Shown here one piece after another: positions 25,069-34,101 of a DNA stretch of 64,000 nt. The notes beneath the pieces are model-generated. The model saw only the letters and a program-made list of their open reading frames with translations, was not told the DNA's origin and made no database searches. Each line of letters opens with the position of its first letter. Within the stretch, counting starts at the first letter, position 1. The stretch comes from Candidatus Bathyarchaeota archaeon (lineage in GTDB: Archaea; Thermoproteota; Bathyarchaeia; Bathyarchaeales; Bathycorpusculaceae). The stretch spans positions 61,807 to 125,806 of the forward strand of contig CAVYRJ010000014.1 in the NCBI GenBank assembly GCA_963770935.1. Direction: 5' to 3'. A program made the position numbers and the translations under genes.

Positions 25069-25923
25069 CTATGCTTTTTCCTCTTTCTGCTGTAGTAATT
25101 GCAATATTTCTTTTCGGGCTTCACTGATAGTTAATGGCAACTCATGGTCAATAGAAAGGTTGTCCTTGTCTCTTAGCACCTCAAATAGGTGTGTTAATCG
25201 GGGAGAACGCAAGTTTACCTGGCGGATAAGGTCTCCGTTAGAGAATGATTCTTTCGGAGTACCCTCGGACACAAGTTTGCCTTTATTTAACACGTACATT
25301 TTAGTAGCGAAAAGCGGCACCATATCCACATCATGTGTTGCAAGCAGTAAGGTTATTCCCTTTTCTTTGTTTAGTTGCAAAAGCAGATGCAATATTTCGC
25401 TTGTAGCCCTTGGATCTAGGTTTGATGTTGGCTCATCCATGATAATGACTTCGGGTTGCATAGCGAGCACTCCTGCAAGAGCGATACGTTTTTTCTGTCC
25501 AAGGCTTAAGAAGTGTGGTGGCTTTTCTGAGAATTCGCTCATCCCCACAGTTTTTAGCGCTTCCTCAACGATAGTTTTGACTTTTTCAGTAGTGTATCCT
25601 AAATTGAGGGGTCCAAACGCAACATCTTGTTTGACGGTAGGAGCGAAAAGTTGGTCATTTGGGTCTTGAAATACAAATCCAACGCGTTTACGGAGTTGAA
25701 GCAGTGATTTTGAATCGTATTGGAGAGGTTTGTCTTCAAAGAGGATTTTGCCTGAAGTGGGTTTTAGGATGCCGTTAAGGTGGTTAAGCAGCGTTGTTTT
25801 GCCTGAACCGTTGGTGCCCAATAGGGCAATGCGTTCAGCCCGGTCGAAGCTCAAAGTGATGTTGTCTAAGGCAAGCGTGCCGTCGGAGTATTCGTGGGTG
25901 AGGTTTTCGATTTTAAACAACAT
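25069..25923 (-). CDS. cbiO: Cobalt ECF transporter ATPase
   Basis: GTNGSGKT, FQDPNDQLF, LSLGQKKR, DEPT; adjacent to cbiMNQ. Confidence 0.92.
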   Translation of the reverse strand: MLFKIENLTHEYSDGTLALDNITLSFDRAERIALLGTNGSGKTTLLNHLNGILKPTSGKILFEDKPLQYDSKSLLQLRKRVGFVFQDPNDQLFAPTVKQDVAFGPLNLGYTTEKVKTIVEEALKTVGMSEFSEKPPHFLSLGQKKRIALAGVLAMQPEVIIMDEPTSNLDPRATSEILHLLLQLNKEKGITLLLATHDVDMVPLFATKMYVLNKGKLVSEGTPKESFSNGDLIRQVNLRSPRLTHLFEVLRDKDNLSIDHELPLTISEARKEILQLLQQKEEKA

Positions 25924-25926
25924 ATT

Positions 25927-27717
25927 TTAGAGACTCCATATTTGAACTATGTTTGATGCAATTAACGCAAGCATAAAGTCGAAGACTAAGATGCCTGCGA
26001 TGAAGGCTTTGCTGGGTTTAGGCTGGTCTTCAAGAACACGGATGTTGCCGTCGTAACCTCGGGCGTTCATAGCAATGAATGTGCGTTCACCCTGCTCAAG
26101 AGTTCTAATGAAGAGGTTAGCTGCAAGCAGCGATGTGGAGCGAATACGGTTAAACCAGCCAGTTTGTCCCAGCCGCAGTTTCTGTGCAGTGCTCATTTTT
26201 GATGAAACTTCCATGAACACGAATACGTAGCGGTAAATGAGCAGGCTGATTTCGACGAGGATTTTGGGGATGTGAATTTTTCTTAAGCTTATAAAAACGT
26301 CATTCATGGATGTGGTGAGCACAAGGAAGAACAAACCTGAAACAGCGCCCAAGACGCGGAAGAAAGTTGTGAATGCAGTAACGATGCCGTTATTGTAGAT
26401 GGCCCATTTAAACCATGGAAACGCAAACTCCACAAGTGGCGTGCCGTTGCCAAAGAACAACGCTATAAAAACGCAGCTTACCGCGGCAAAAATCAGCGGG
26501 TAAATCAACAGGTCAAAGTAGAAGCGCCCCGGAATCTGCGCTACCAAAACAATCAGCACGACTGCTATAATGAACACGGTTATGGGAACGACAGGTGAGG
26601 GTGATAGGACGCTAAGTATCAGCATGGAGACTGCGAAAAGGATTTTTGTTGTTGGACTTTTCTTAGCAAGCGAGTTGGTGTAGGCGTAGCTGTCGATTTG
26701 TGCGGACAGGTTGCTGTGGTCTTCGCCGTGACTGTGGTTTTGTCGATGCATGTTATGTTGTAACTGCGTTTTTGCTTGTTTTCGACGTGTCCGAATAACT
26801 ATGTAAGCGATTATGCAGGCACCGATTAAGGCTTGCACATAAAAAAGGATAGTTACCCACTCGCTCGGCAGAGTCAAAACGGGGCTAAACCATGGTTGAT
26901 ACCCCTGCGAAATAATGATGTTTGCCGCGGCGTCGTCCGTACCTGCCATGTTAGTAGAGACAAAAACTAGCGGTGTAATAAAGAGCGTTAATAATAAAGC
27001 AATTAAAATTGCGTAATGTTTCTTTTTGAGTTGGAATTGCTTCTCGGGGATTCCCGCAATTGGGATATGGATAACTTTTAAAGCGGTCAAAATCTGGGTT
27101 TTGTATTTTATAAGAAATTCAAATATGAAGACAGCAAGAATTCCTTCGGCAATTGCGAGCGGTATTTGTGTAACTGCGAATATACCGGCAAATTGGAGAA
27201 ACGCCTGCGTAAAGCCTGTTGCTGGAAAAGCAAGAGCCAACTGGAATGATGTTGTGAGGTAGGTAAATAGGTCACTTAAGGCTACTGCAAGAAACACGCT
27301 TGCTTGAGTTGGCACACGAATTTTCCTGAACAAAATCCAAGTAACATATCCGACTAATGGCCCCACTATTCCCATAGAGAATACGTTTGCGCCCAATGTC
27401 GTTATGCCGCCATGGGCAAGTAGGGTGGCTTGAAAAATCAGGGCAATCATTGATAGAACCGAAGCGATTGCGGGTCCAAAAACTATTGCTGCTAATCCTG
27501 AGCCTGTTGGGTGGCTGCTGCTACCAAAGAACGATGGCAACTTGAGGGCGGAAACAACGAATATGAATGCTCCCATGAGGGCGAGGAGAGGTTTTGTTTC
27601 AGGGTTCTTTTTTGCGATTTTGGAGAGCTTGTAAATTCCGTATGCTACGATTGGAATCATTATTGCCCACCAGATTTCCCACCAGGGGTGCGGCAGGAAG
27701 CCCTCCATAATGTGCAT
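25927..27717 (-). CDS. cbiM: Cobalt ECF transporter CbiM-CbiN-CbiQ triple fusion
   Basis: MHIMEGFLP and SSHPTG...LAHGGITTLGAN (CbiM); GTDDAA...YQPWFSP...LFYVQALIG (CbiN); IDSYAY...YRYVF...AMNARGYDG (CbiQ), all in one 596-aa frame. Confidence 0.88.
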   Translation of the reverse strand: MHIMEGFLPHPWWEIWWAIMIPIVAYGIYKLSKIAKKNPETKPLLALMGAFIFVVSALKLPSFFGSSSHPTGSGLAAIVFGPAIASVLSMIALIFQATLLAHGGITTLGANVFSMGIVGPLVGYVTWILFRKIRVPTQASVFLAVALSDLFTYLTTSFQLALAFPATGFTQAFLQFAGIFAVTQIPLAIAEGILAVFIFEFLIKYKTQILTALKVIHIPIAGIPEKQFQLKKKHYAILIALLLTLFITPLVFVSTNMAGTDDAAANIIISQGYQPWFSPVLTLPSEWVTILFYVQALIGACIIAYIVIRTRRKQAKTQLQHNMHRQNHSHGEDHSNLSAQIDSYAYTNSLAKKSPTTKILFAVSMLILSVLSPSPVVPITVFIIAVVLIVLVAQIPGRFYFDLLIYPLIFAAVSCVFIALFFGNGTPLVEFAFPWFKWAIYNNGIVTAFTTFFRVLGAVSGLFFLVLTTSMNDVFISLRKIHIPKILVEISLLIYRYVFVFMEVSSKMSTAQKLRLGQTGWFNRIRSTSLLAANLFIRTLEQGERTFIAMNARGYDGNIRVLEDQPKPSKAFIAGILVFDFMLALIASNIVQIWSL

Positions 27718-27770
27718 TTCTTTGGGTCCTCTTATGGTTGGTTAGTCCATGTGAAGACTTATTAACTTTC

Positions 27771-27788
27771 GTTTAACTAAAGTTAAAC
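27771..27788. promoter_or_regulatory. Perfect inverted repeat GTTTAACT-AA-AGTTAAAC (candidate operator)
   Basis: 8-bp perfect arms inside the 72-bp gap between divergent cbiMNQ and the regulator gene. Confidence 0.55.
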
Positions 27789-27789
27789 T

Positions 27790-28635
27790 GTGGTTGAATT
27801 GAAAACATCCAAACAAACCAACGTCCTACTGCGGGACAAAGGCGAATTCACAAAATTCCAAATTCTCTTTGAAATAATGCGTAACCAGCCCCATATCAAA
27901 CAAAAAGATATCGCCGACGTACTTGGAATAACAATTCAAGCTGTCTCGAAATACTTCAAAAAACTATCGAAAGAAGGCTTCCTTGAAGCTGGTTCAGAAC
28001 GTGCAGACTATAGGTTAACTGCTAAGGCAACGGCAAAACTTCGCGATGACCTGGGAAACCTTGAGAATTATGTGTTATCGATTAAGCATGAAATGAAAAT
28101 TGAACGTGCCCTTCCAGCCTTAGCTACGCAGCCCGTCAAAGCAGGCGAAGAAGTTGGCATAATTATGAAAGAAGGCATTATGTACACAGTGTCCAAAGAC
28201 AATCTAGCTGCAGAAGCAAAAGGCATAGCCATGACAAACGCCGATGCAGGAGAGGACATAGGTTTGAAGAATCTGCGTGGCAAAGTTAAGTTGAGACAAG
28301 GAAAAATCCTCATAATAAAACTGCCAAGTATAAGAAGAGGTGGCTCAAGAACTGTTGACTTGGCAAAAGTCAAGGCTATCTACGGAGAATTCAAACCTGA
28401 TAGAGTCGGCGTTATGGGCGCAGTAGGCAGAGCCGTTCTCAACAAGCTCGGGCTTAAGGCTGACCTAGAATTTGGCATAAGTAGTGCCGCAGCAATAGCT
28501 GCTTCACGCGGACTAAATGTACTTGTGCTTGTTGTGGGCAGAATGGTAAACCGAGTGATCGAAGAAATAGATCTGATAAACATGAAGAATGCTGCAGAAG
28601 TAACTTACGAGGTCAAAGACGGAAAAATTATTTGA
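27790..28635 (+). CDS. Archaeal winged-HTH transcriptional regulator (COG1497-like)
   Basis: TKFQILFEI...QKDIADVLGITIQAVSKYFKKL HTH followed by a C-terminal alpha/beta domain. Confidence 0.8.
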   Translation: MVELKTSKQTNVLLRDKGEFTKFQILFEIMRNQPHIKQKDIADVLGITIQAVSKYFKKLSKEGFLEAGSERADYRLTAKATAKLRDDLGNLENYVLSIKHEMKIERALPALATQPVKAGEEVGIIMKEGIMYTVSKDNLAAEAKGIAMTNADAGEDIGLKNLRGKVKLRQGKILIIKLPSIRRGGSRTVDLAKVKAIYGEFKPDRVGVMGAVGRAVLNKLGLKADLEFGISSAAAIAASRGLNVLVLVVGRMVNRVIEEIDLINMKNAAEVTYEVKDGKII

Positions 28636-28843
28636 TCTAAAAATGGGGCGCGTGCCTGAGATTTTTTGTTTTTACGGATCCTAATCGATTGATTATTTTG
28701 GAGATCACGACACTTTTCTATCGGGACCTAAAGTAATTCAGAACTTCAGAAACATAATGATAAGTTCCAAATCGATGGGATAAGTAATTATAATTCATAA
28801 AGCCTATTTTTAAAACAAACCCGATTGAACCGTGATTCCCAAT

Positions 28844-29329
28844 ATGCCCTCAAAACCGCTTTCTATATTCGACTTGATGAATGAAGAAAGCGAAAACAAG
28901 GTTGATGAAGAGGCAGAAAAGCGAAAGCGACGTAAGGAGTTATTAGAGCCTACAGGCGTAAAGGAGCTCTTCAAAGAAGGCAAAATCGGCATCAACAAGT
29001 TCACATGCGTGGGAGGGCAATGCAAACTCTGCATCAAAGCTTGCCCAACCAATGCTTTGTACTGGGGCACTGGCGGAGTTGGGGTAACTGAGGATTTATG
29101 TGTTTACTGTGGAGCCTGCGTGCTTAGCTGCATGGTGGATGACTGCATAAAGGTTGAGCGGAAACGCGACGACGAGAAAGTGGAACGGTTTAGCAAGCCC
29201 AGAGACGTTATCAAGGTTGGCGAGAACCTCAATACGCAGAAGCGATTAGCAAGGGCTAAGTCAGTTTTACCGACCATTGAAGACTACTGCGAAAAACGCA
29301 ATGGTAAGAAGGCAGACTTGCGTTCCTAA
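28844..29329 (+). CDS. 2x[4Fe-4S] ferredoxin-domain protein
   Basis: CVGGQCKLCIKACP and CVYCGACVLSC. Confidence 0.85.
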   Translation: MPSKPLSIFDLMNEESENKVDEEAEKRKRRKELLEPTGVKELFKEGKIGINKFTCVGGQCKLCIKACPTNALYWGTGGVGVTEDLCVYCGACVLSCMVDDCIKVERKRDDEKVERFSKPRDVIKVGENLNTQKRLARAKSVLPTIEDYCEKRNGKKADLRS

Positions 29330-29364
29330 AAAGGAAAAGGGTAACTAAGCAGGAGTCGTTGTAC

Positions 29365-30528
29365 TCAAAAACCAAGCTTAACGACTGAAGCCACTGTTGC
29401 AGTTCGGGTGGTCAACTCCAATTTTCCCCCAAACCCTTTCTTTGCATAAACATTTTCCAAAACAACTTTGTCGCCGATTTTTAAATCCTTGAAAGCTTCC
29501 GCGTGTTCCCTCCAAGCCGAAACACGCACGAAGCCATGGTCGTCTTTTAGGTCGAAAACTGCCAGTTTGACCGTTTCGCCTTTAGATGTTGTGACTTCTC
29601 TGTTTTCGCGCACAGCAGATACGATGCCTTCAAAGTTAACTATTTGATTCTCAGCCAACCTCGCAGTTTTTGTAAACTGTTTTGCGGCTGCTTGAATATC
29701 GATGAACGTGTTGGAGTCTACATGAACTTCTAAACCGCCGCTTTGCCCATCTTTTACCCTAGCATTAATCAACAATAACCGTGCGTTTGCTTTCATGGTG
29801 TTTTCCAGTTCTGTTGCTTTCTCGTTCCAAAAAACAACAGTTACCTGACCAGAATCATCCGCTAAAGATAACCTTGTGACAGTTCCGACGCTTGTGTCGC
29901 TTTTAATGAAGGTGCTTTCGCCTAAAATCTCCTTCACCGTCCCTGAAAGGTTCACGTTGCCCGACAAGTTGTTTAGGGACCTAATTTTTGTAGCAAACTT
30001 CTCAACGGATGGATATTGATCGCCTTTGATATCTGTTTCAAATTCAACTTGGCTTTTGTTGCCAAGATGCAACTCAGTTTTACCATAACGGTCCTCCCGC
30101 GTGTACCCATGAACCAACCTGACCGCTTGCCCAGCCTTAAGCTCACCCCTCTCAACCAACTCAGCCTGCTCATTCCACAAAACAACCCGCAATAACCCCT
30201 CATTATCCGCAAGCATTAAAGTGGCAAATTTTCCTGATTTTTCAGCACCTTGGAAAGTCTTAGCTGGAAAAACGGCGATTAAACGGCCTGCCACAGTAAC
30301 ATCATACAAACCCGCAAATAACCTGCTAGTTGATAGGATTCCGCTGCTATGAATCGTGTTCTGCTGGACCACAACACCGAATTTGGCTGCTATCAACCTC
30401 AGAAGAGTTTCATCGCCAAGTAACCCCCCCGTTCTGGCTCTTTCAGCTTGCAGCCTTTCTAGGATTTGCTCTTGGCTGATTTGGGGGTTTTGTCGTTGGA
30501 TTTCCTGAATTAAGTCTTGGGTGGTCAT
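29365..30528 (-). CDS. rpa: Replication protein A (multi-OB-fold ssDNA-binding protein)
   Basis: N-terminal GGLLGDETLLRLIA domain and three OB folds (D..G..RVVLW, DDSGQVTVVFW, DDHGFVRVSAW). Confidence 0.85.
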   Translation of the reverse strand: MTTQDLIQEIQRQNPQISQEQILERLQAERARTGGLLGDETLLRLIAAKFGVVVQQNTIHSSGILSTSRLFAGLYDVTVAGRLIAVFPAKTFQGAEKSGKFATLMLADNEGLLRVVLWNEQAELVERGELKAGQAVRLVHGYTREDRYGKTELHLGNKSQVEFETDIKGDQYPSVEKFATKIRSLNNLSGNVNLSGTVKEILGESTFIKSDTSVGTVTRLSLADDSGQVTVVFWNEKATELENTMKANARLLLINARVKDGQSGGLEVHVDSNTFIDIQAAAKQFTKTARLAENQIVNFEGIVSAVRENREVTTSKGETVKLAVFDLKDDHGFVRVSAWREHAEAFKDLKIGDKVVLENVYAKKGFGGKLELTTRTATVASVVKLGF

Positions 30529-30638
30529 TTTGCGCCGACACGATAAAGTATTGTTGGAGCTTTTAATTTTTTGCATTCCCGCAGGATACTGGCTACGTTT
30601 ATTAAAAACGCTGATTCCTCTTTATTTGAGGTAAAAAG

Positions 30639-30899
30639 GTGGATCTCACGGTTTTTTACACCCTCGGCATAGCATTGATTGTTGTCGGAATCATTATCAT
30701 TGTTACAGCAATCATTCTTGCCTCCGTGGGCGATGCAAAGAAGGGAAAGCTGAGTGCTGCGGGCGTTATTATGATTGGACCAATTCCAATAATTTTTGGC
30801 ACAGACAAAAAATCAGTTAAAACCTTGTTGGCGCTGGCTTTAGCCTTAACCGTAGTTGCATTAATAATTATCATCATAAATTACTGGTTGCTGAGGTAA
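30639..30899 (+). CDS. DUF131-type small membrane protein
   Basis: AGVIMIGPIPIIFG motif between TM helices. Confidence 0.8.
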   Translation: MDLTVFYTLGIALIVVGIIIIVTAIILASVGDAKKGKLSAAGVIMIGPIPIIFGTDKKSVKTLLALALALTVVALIIIIINYWLLR

Positions 30900-30907
30900 T
30901 TTGATTG

Positions 30908-31201
30908 TTGAGTGTTGATGAAGCTGAGGATGATGGCATCAGCATATCGAATCGGTTGCTTGGTTTTTTGCTTTTAGGGATAACGTTGGTTTTTGTTGGT
31001 ATTGCGGTTTTGATTGTTGCATCATTTGTTTTTGGTGGGTCAGGAAGTGTTGGCGGAGTAATTTTGATAGGTCCTTTTCCAATTGTTTTCGGCGCTGGAC
31101 CTGATGCAGGTTGGCTCCTTGCAATAAGCGTTATCTTGACTGTTGTAAGTGTAATCTTGTTTTTAGTAATGAATAGACGAGCAAGAAGACTTAGCTTTTA
31201 A
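30908..31201 (+). CDS. DUF131-type small membrane protein (second copy)
   Basis: GGVILIGPFPIVFG motif. Confidence 0.8.
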   Translation: MSVDEAEDDGISISNRLLGFLLLGITLVFVGIAVLIVASFVFGGSGSVGGVILIGPFPIVFGAGPDAGWLLAISVILTVVSVILFLVMNRRARRLSF

Positions 31202-31209
31202 AAAGGGGT

Positions 31210-31332
31210 TTACTCGTTTGTTTGTTCTTCTTCTTTGCCATAGTAAGCGTACATGAAGATGAGTAGAAGAGCAATAAACACTGAGCCTACTAGGACATAT
31301 TGTAAAGTTACGAAGTATGCGCCTACATCCAT
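31210..31332 (-). CDS. 40-aa single-TM small protein (below the ORF-track cutoff)
   Basis: MDVGAYFVTLQYVLVGSVFIALLLIFMYAYYGKEEEQTNE*, preceded by AGGAG SD. Confidence 0.55.
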   Translation of the reverse strand: MDVGAYFVTLQYVLVGSVFIALLLIFMYAYYGKEEEQTNE

Positions 31333-31377
31333 TGAGGATTCTCCTTGTAATATCCTAATGTTGTAGCATCTTCATAT

Positions 31378-31788
31378 TTAAGCAGTAGCTTTTTTCCACT
31401 CATTCATCAACATATCAAAGCATTCGTCATTTTCCTCTAAAATTTCAAACCACCCCAAGTTTGCTGCGATTTTCTGCGTCAACAAATGATAGCACATATG
31501 CACTTTCTTGTCTAAAACGCGAAAGTAAAAGTCGTCGCAGGTGCAGAATTCCGCCTCTGGCATAATCAGATAATCTCTTTCTCTGCCAACAACAATCCAA
31601 ACTGTTCTGCCACTGGGTTTGAAAATGTATTTTTTGACTCTTCCTTCTTTTAAGGCATCGAGCGATTTTGTGAATCTTGGTCCAAAAAGCTCATAGAGCT
31701 CCGTCAGGTTTTCGCCGGACAGTTTGCCCGCTGTTTTTGCTTCTCTACAAATAACGTTTAACGTATCAATCTCTGAATTGCCGCTCAT
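31378..31788 (-). CDS. SWIM zinc-finger protein
   Basis: FCTCDDF...MCYHLL (CxC...CxH). Confidence 0.8.
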   Translation of the reverse strand: MSGNSEIDTLNVICREAKTAGKLSGENLTELYELFGPRFTKSLDALKEGRVKKYIFKPSGRTVWIVVGRERDYLIMPEAEFCTCDDFYFRVLDKKVHMCYHLLTQKIAANLGWFEILEENDECFDMLMNEWKKATA

Positions 31789-31839
31789 CATTACACTCGC
31801 TAATATGAAGGACTATGTGAAGGTGGAGTTGTTGGACTT

Positions 31840-32436
31840 TTAGACTATGTCGATTGGTTCGCCTTTCGGTTTGCCTGAAACCTCAGCTTTAGGAAGCACC
31901 ACTTCTAAGACGCCGTTTTTGTAGCGAGAGTTTGCCTCTTTAACCCTCACTTTAACTGGCAACTCAACTTCCTTAAAGTACTTATACTGTGGCGTATCAA
32001 CTGAAACCGTCAGTGAGTCTTCTGTGCCGTGGAGTTTTATGTCGGTTTTTTCTACTCCTGGCAATTCCGCGACTACATGGACATCGTCGATTGTTTCCAT
32101 TATGTCAACAAGTGGTTCGCGTTCATCTTTAACCTGCGGCGTGCCCTTGAGTCCTTTTTTGATATTTCCAAACTCCTGGATATCTGGCTTGCCGTCTGGA
32201 CCAATCTTCATGCTGTAACCGTAAACGAAGGGTCCAAGCTCTTTAACTGTGCTGCCGTCTGGCAGTTTGCGTTCCTTAACGTATTCTTTGGGGACTTTTT
32301 CCGTAAAAGATTTGAGTTCTTCATCCATCATTTTTTCCATATCACGGAACATGTCATCTATGTTGCCAAAAGGGTCCTTCGATGGACTGCGACGTTTTCT
32401 GAACCATTCAGGAGTATCCTCGTTATCTGAAGACAT
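31840..32436 (-). CDS. hsp20: Archaeal small heat-shock protein Hsp20
   Basis: GPFVYGYSMKIGPDGKP, EPLVD, AELPGV, YKNGVLEV, C-terminal IxI motif. Confidence 0.93.
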   Translation of the reverse strand: MSSDNEDTPEWFRKRRSPSKDPFGNIDDMFRDMEKMMDEELKSFTEKVPKEYVKERKLPDGSTVKELGPFVYGYSMKIGPDGKPDIQEFGNIKKGLKGTPQVKDEREPLVDIMETIDDVHVVAELPGVEKTDIKLHGTEDSLTVSVDTPQYKYFKEVELPVKVRVKEANSRYKNGVLEVVLPKAEVSGKPKGEPIDIV

Positions 32437-32478
32437 ACAGTCACCAACCTATAGAGGAGATTTTCAATCCAATAAATT

Positions 32479-32512
32479 TATTGCAACAAATATCAGGATT
32501 AGGGTTGCAATA
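32479..32512. promoter_or_regulatory. Inverted repeat TATTGCAAC-N16-GTTGCAATA upstream of hsp20
   Basis: Perfect 9-bp arms 43-76 bp upstream of the hsp20 start. Confidence 0.45.
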
Positions 32513-33073
32513 GTTTTTTCTTGGTATTTGATTTTAAGGGGTTAATATAAACAGCAACTTCTAGTCGATTGACCCAACAATGCTTCTTGATATTTAGGTC
32601 TGTTCTGGGTTGCAGGGGATTGTGCATATTGCTTCCAAAACCTAAAGTCAAATTTGACTTCAGTACCTCACAATCATGTCATTCCAATTCTCAAGGGTTA
32701 GACGTTAAGATGTATCCTGTCCAGAGGGGCGTACCTGTGGATGGCTCCTAAGGATTTGCAGGTGAGGCTTGAGCGTTTCAAAATTACTCGTTACCAGATA
32801 AGCCAAAGAATTCTGAGAATGAACAAGCGTTTGGAAAAAGAACTCGGAGCGCATATAGCAGTGAAAAGAGTCTGGCATTGTGCACTGACTAGTTTTGCCT
32901 TTGATGCTTGGGGTGGAAGTGAAGAAGACAGATTTTAGTAATGATGCCTAAAATTCAAATTCTCTTAACTTCATCAAAATATGAATTAAGTGAGTTTGTG
33001 GTTTTTATCGATAATTATATATGGGCAAAACCATGCAGTTGTAATAAGTTTTGTATTCTGAGGGAAAAATAAC

Positions 33074-34099
33074 ATGGCAGTGCCAAAAAGACAAAAGTTC
33101 ATAATTGTAGCCGTTATCATTTTGGTTATAGCCATTGTTTTAAGCTTATTTATTTACCTCAATTCCCAGAAATCATATGCTGGCAAGGTCGAGTCTATCA
33201 CCCTTGGAATTTACCCTTCTGAATACTCTTCGTTAGTTTATATCGCAAACGACCAACAATACTTTTCAGTTAACGGACTTAAAATAACATTAAAGAACTA
33301 TCCTTCAGGATCTGCGGCTGTTAGCGGAATGCTGAACGGGGAAGTAGACGTTTCCACGGCATCTGAGTTTGTCATTGCTAATAATGCAATGCGGAATGCA
33401 AGCATCTATGCATTTGGAAGCATTTCTAAGTACCTAAATTTGTATGTGGTTGCAAGAACTGATGTCGGTATCAATAATATCTCTGACCTTGAAGGGAAGA
33501 GAATTGGACTTGCCTTGGGAACTGGTAACCAATTCTATCTCGGCAGATTCCTCGATTTAAACGGCTTAAACCAAAGCCGAGTAACGATTGTTAACCTCAA
33601 CTTTTCAGAAACACCCAATGCTCTCGCAAACGACACCATAGACGCCGCAATTACGTTTCAACCATACATAAACCAAATTCAAAGCCTCTTAGGCAACAGA
33701 ACTGTGATTTGGCCAGCACAAGCTGACCAATTTGGCTATTTTGAAGCAATTTGTCTCAAAGACTGGGCAATAGCGCATCCAGATTTGATAGTTCGGTTCT
33801 TAAATGCATTAGTTCAGGCTCAAAATTTTAACCTTGACCATCCAAATCAAGCCATGGATATAGTTGCAAAGGATCTGAATTTCACGAGTTCATACATAAA
33901 TTCTGTTTGGTCAGAATATCAATACTTGGTCACTCTTGACCAATCCTTTATTTTGCTTATGCAAGATGAGAGCAGATGGCTATTAGACAACAATTTGACT
34001 AACGCGAGTGCAATTCCCAATTTTCTAAACTACATTTATGTCGACGGATTGAAATCGGTCAGCCCTGAATCCGTAAACATAATAGGCTTGGGCGACTAA
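33074..34099 (+). CDS. Membrane-anchored NMT1/SsuA/THI5-type solute-binding protein
   Basis: N-terminal TM; LVYIANDQQYF..NGL; DLEGKRIG..GT; IDAAITFQP; many N-x-S/T sequons. Confidence 0.8.
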   Translation: MAVPKRQKFIIVAVIILVIAIVLSLFIYLNSQKSYAGKVESITLGIYPSEYSSLVYIANDQQYFSVNGLKITLKNYPSGSAAVSGMLNGEVDVSTASEFVIANNAMRNASIYAFGSISKYLNLYVVARTDVGINNISDLEGKRIGLALGTGNQFYLGRFLDLNGLNQSRVTIVNLNFSETPNALANDTIDAAITFQPYINQIQSLLGNRTVIWPAQADQFGYFEAICLKDWAIAHPDLIVRFLNALVQAQNFNLDHPNQAMDIVAKDLNFTSSYINSVWSEYQYLVTLDQSFILLMQDESRWLLDNNLTNASAIPNFLNYIYVDGLKSVSPESVNIIGLGD

Positions 34100-34101
34100 A
34101 A

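Noticed and set aside
32569-32938. Two short ORFs upstream of the kinase cluster
   Set aside because: No recognisable motifs; probably spurious or remnants.
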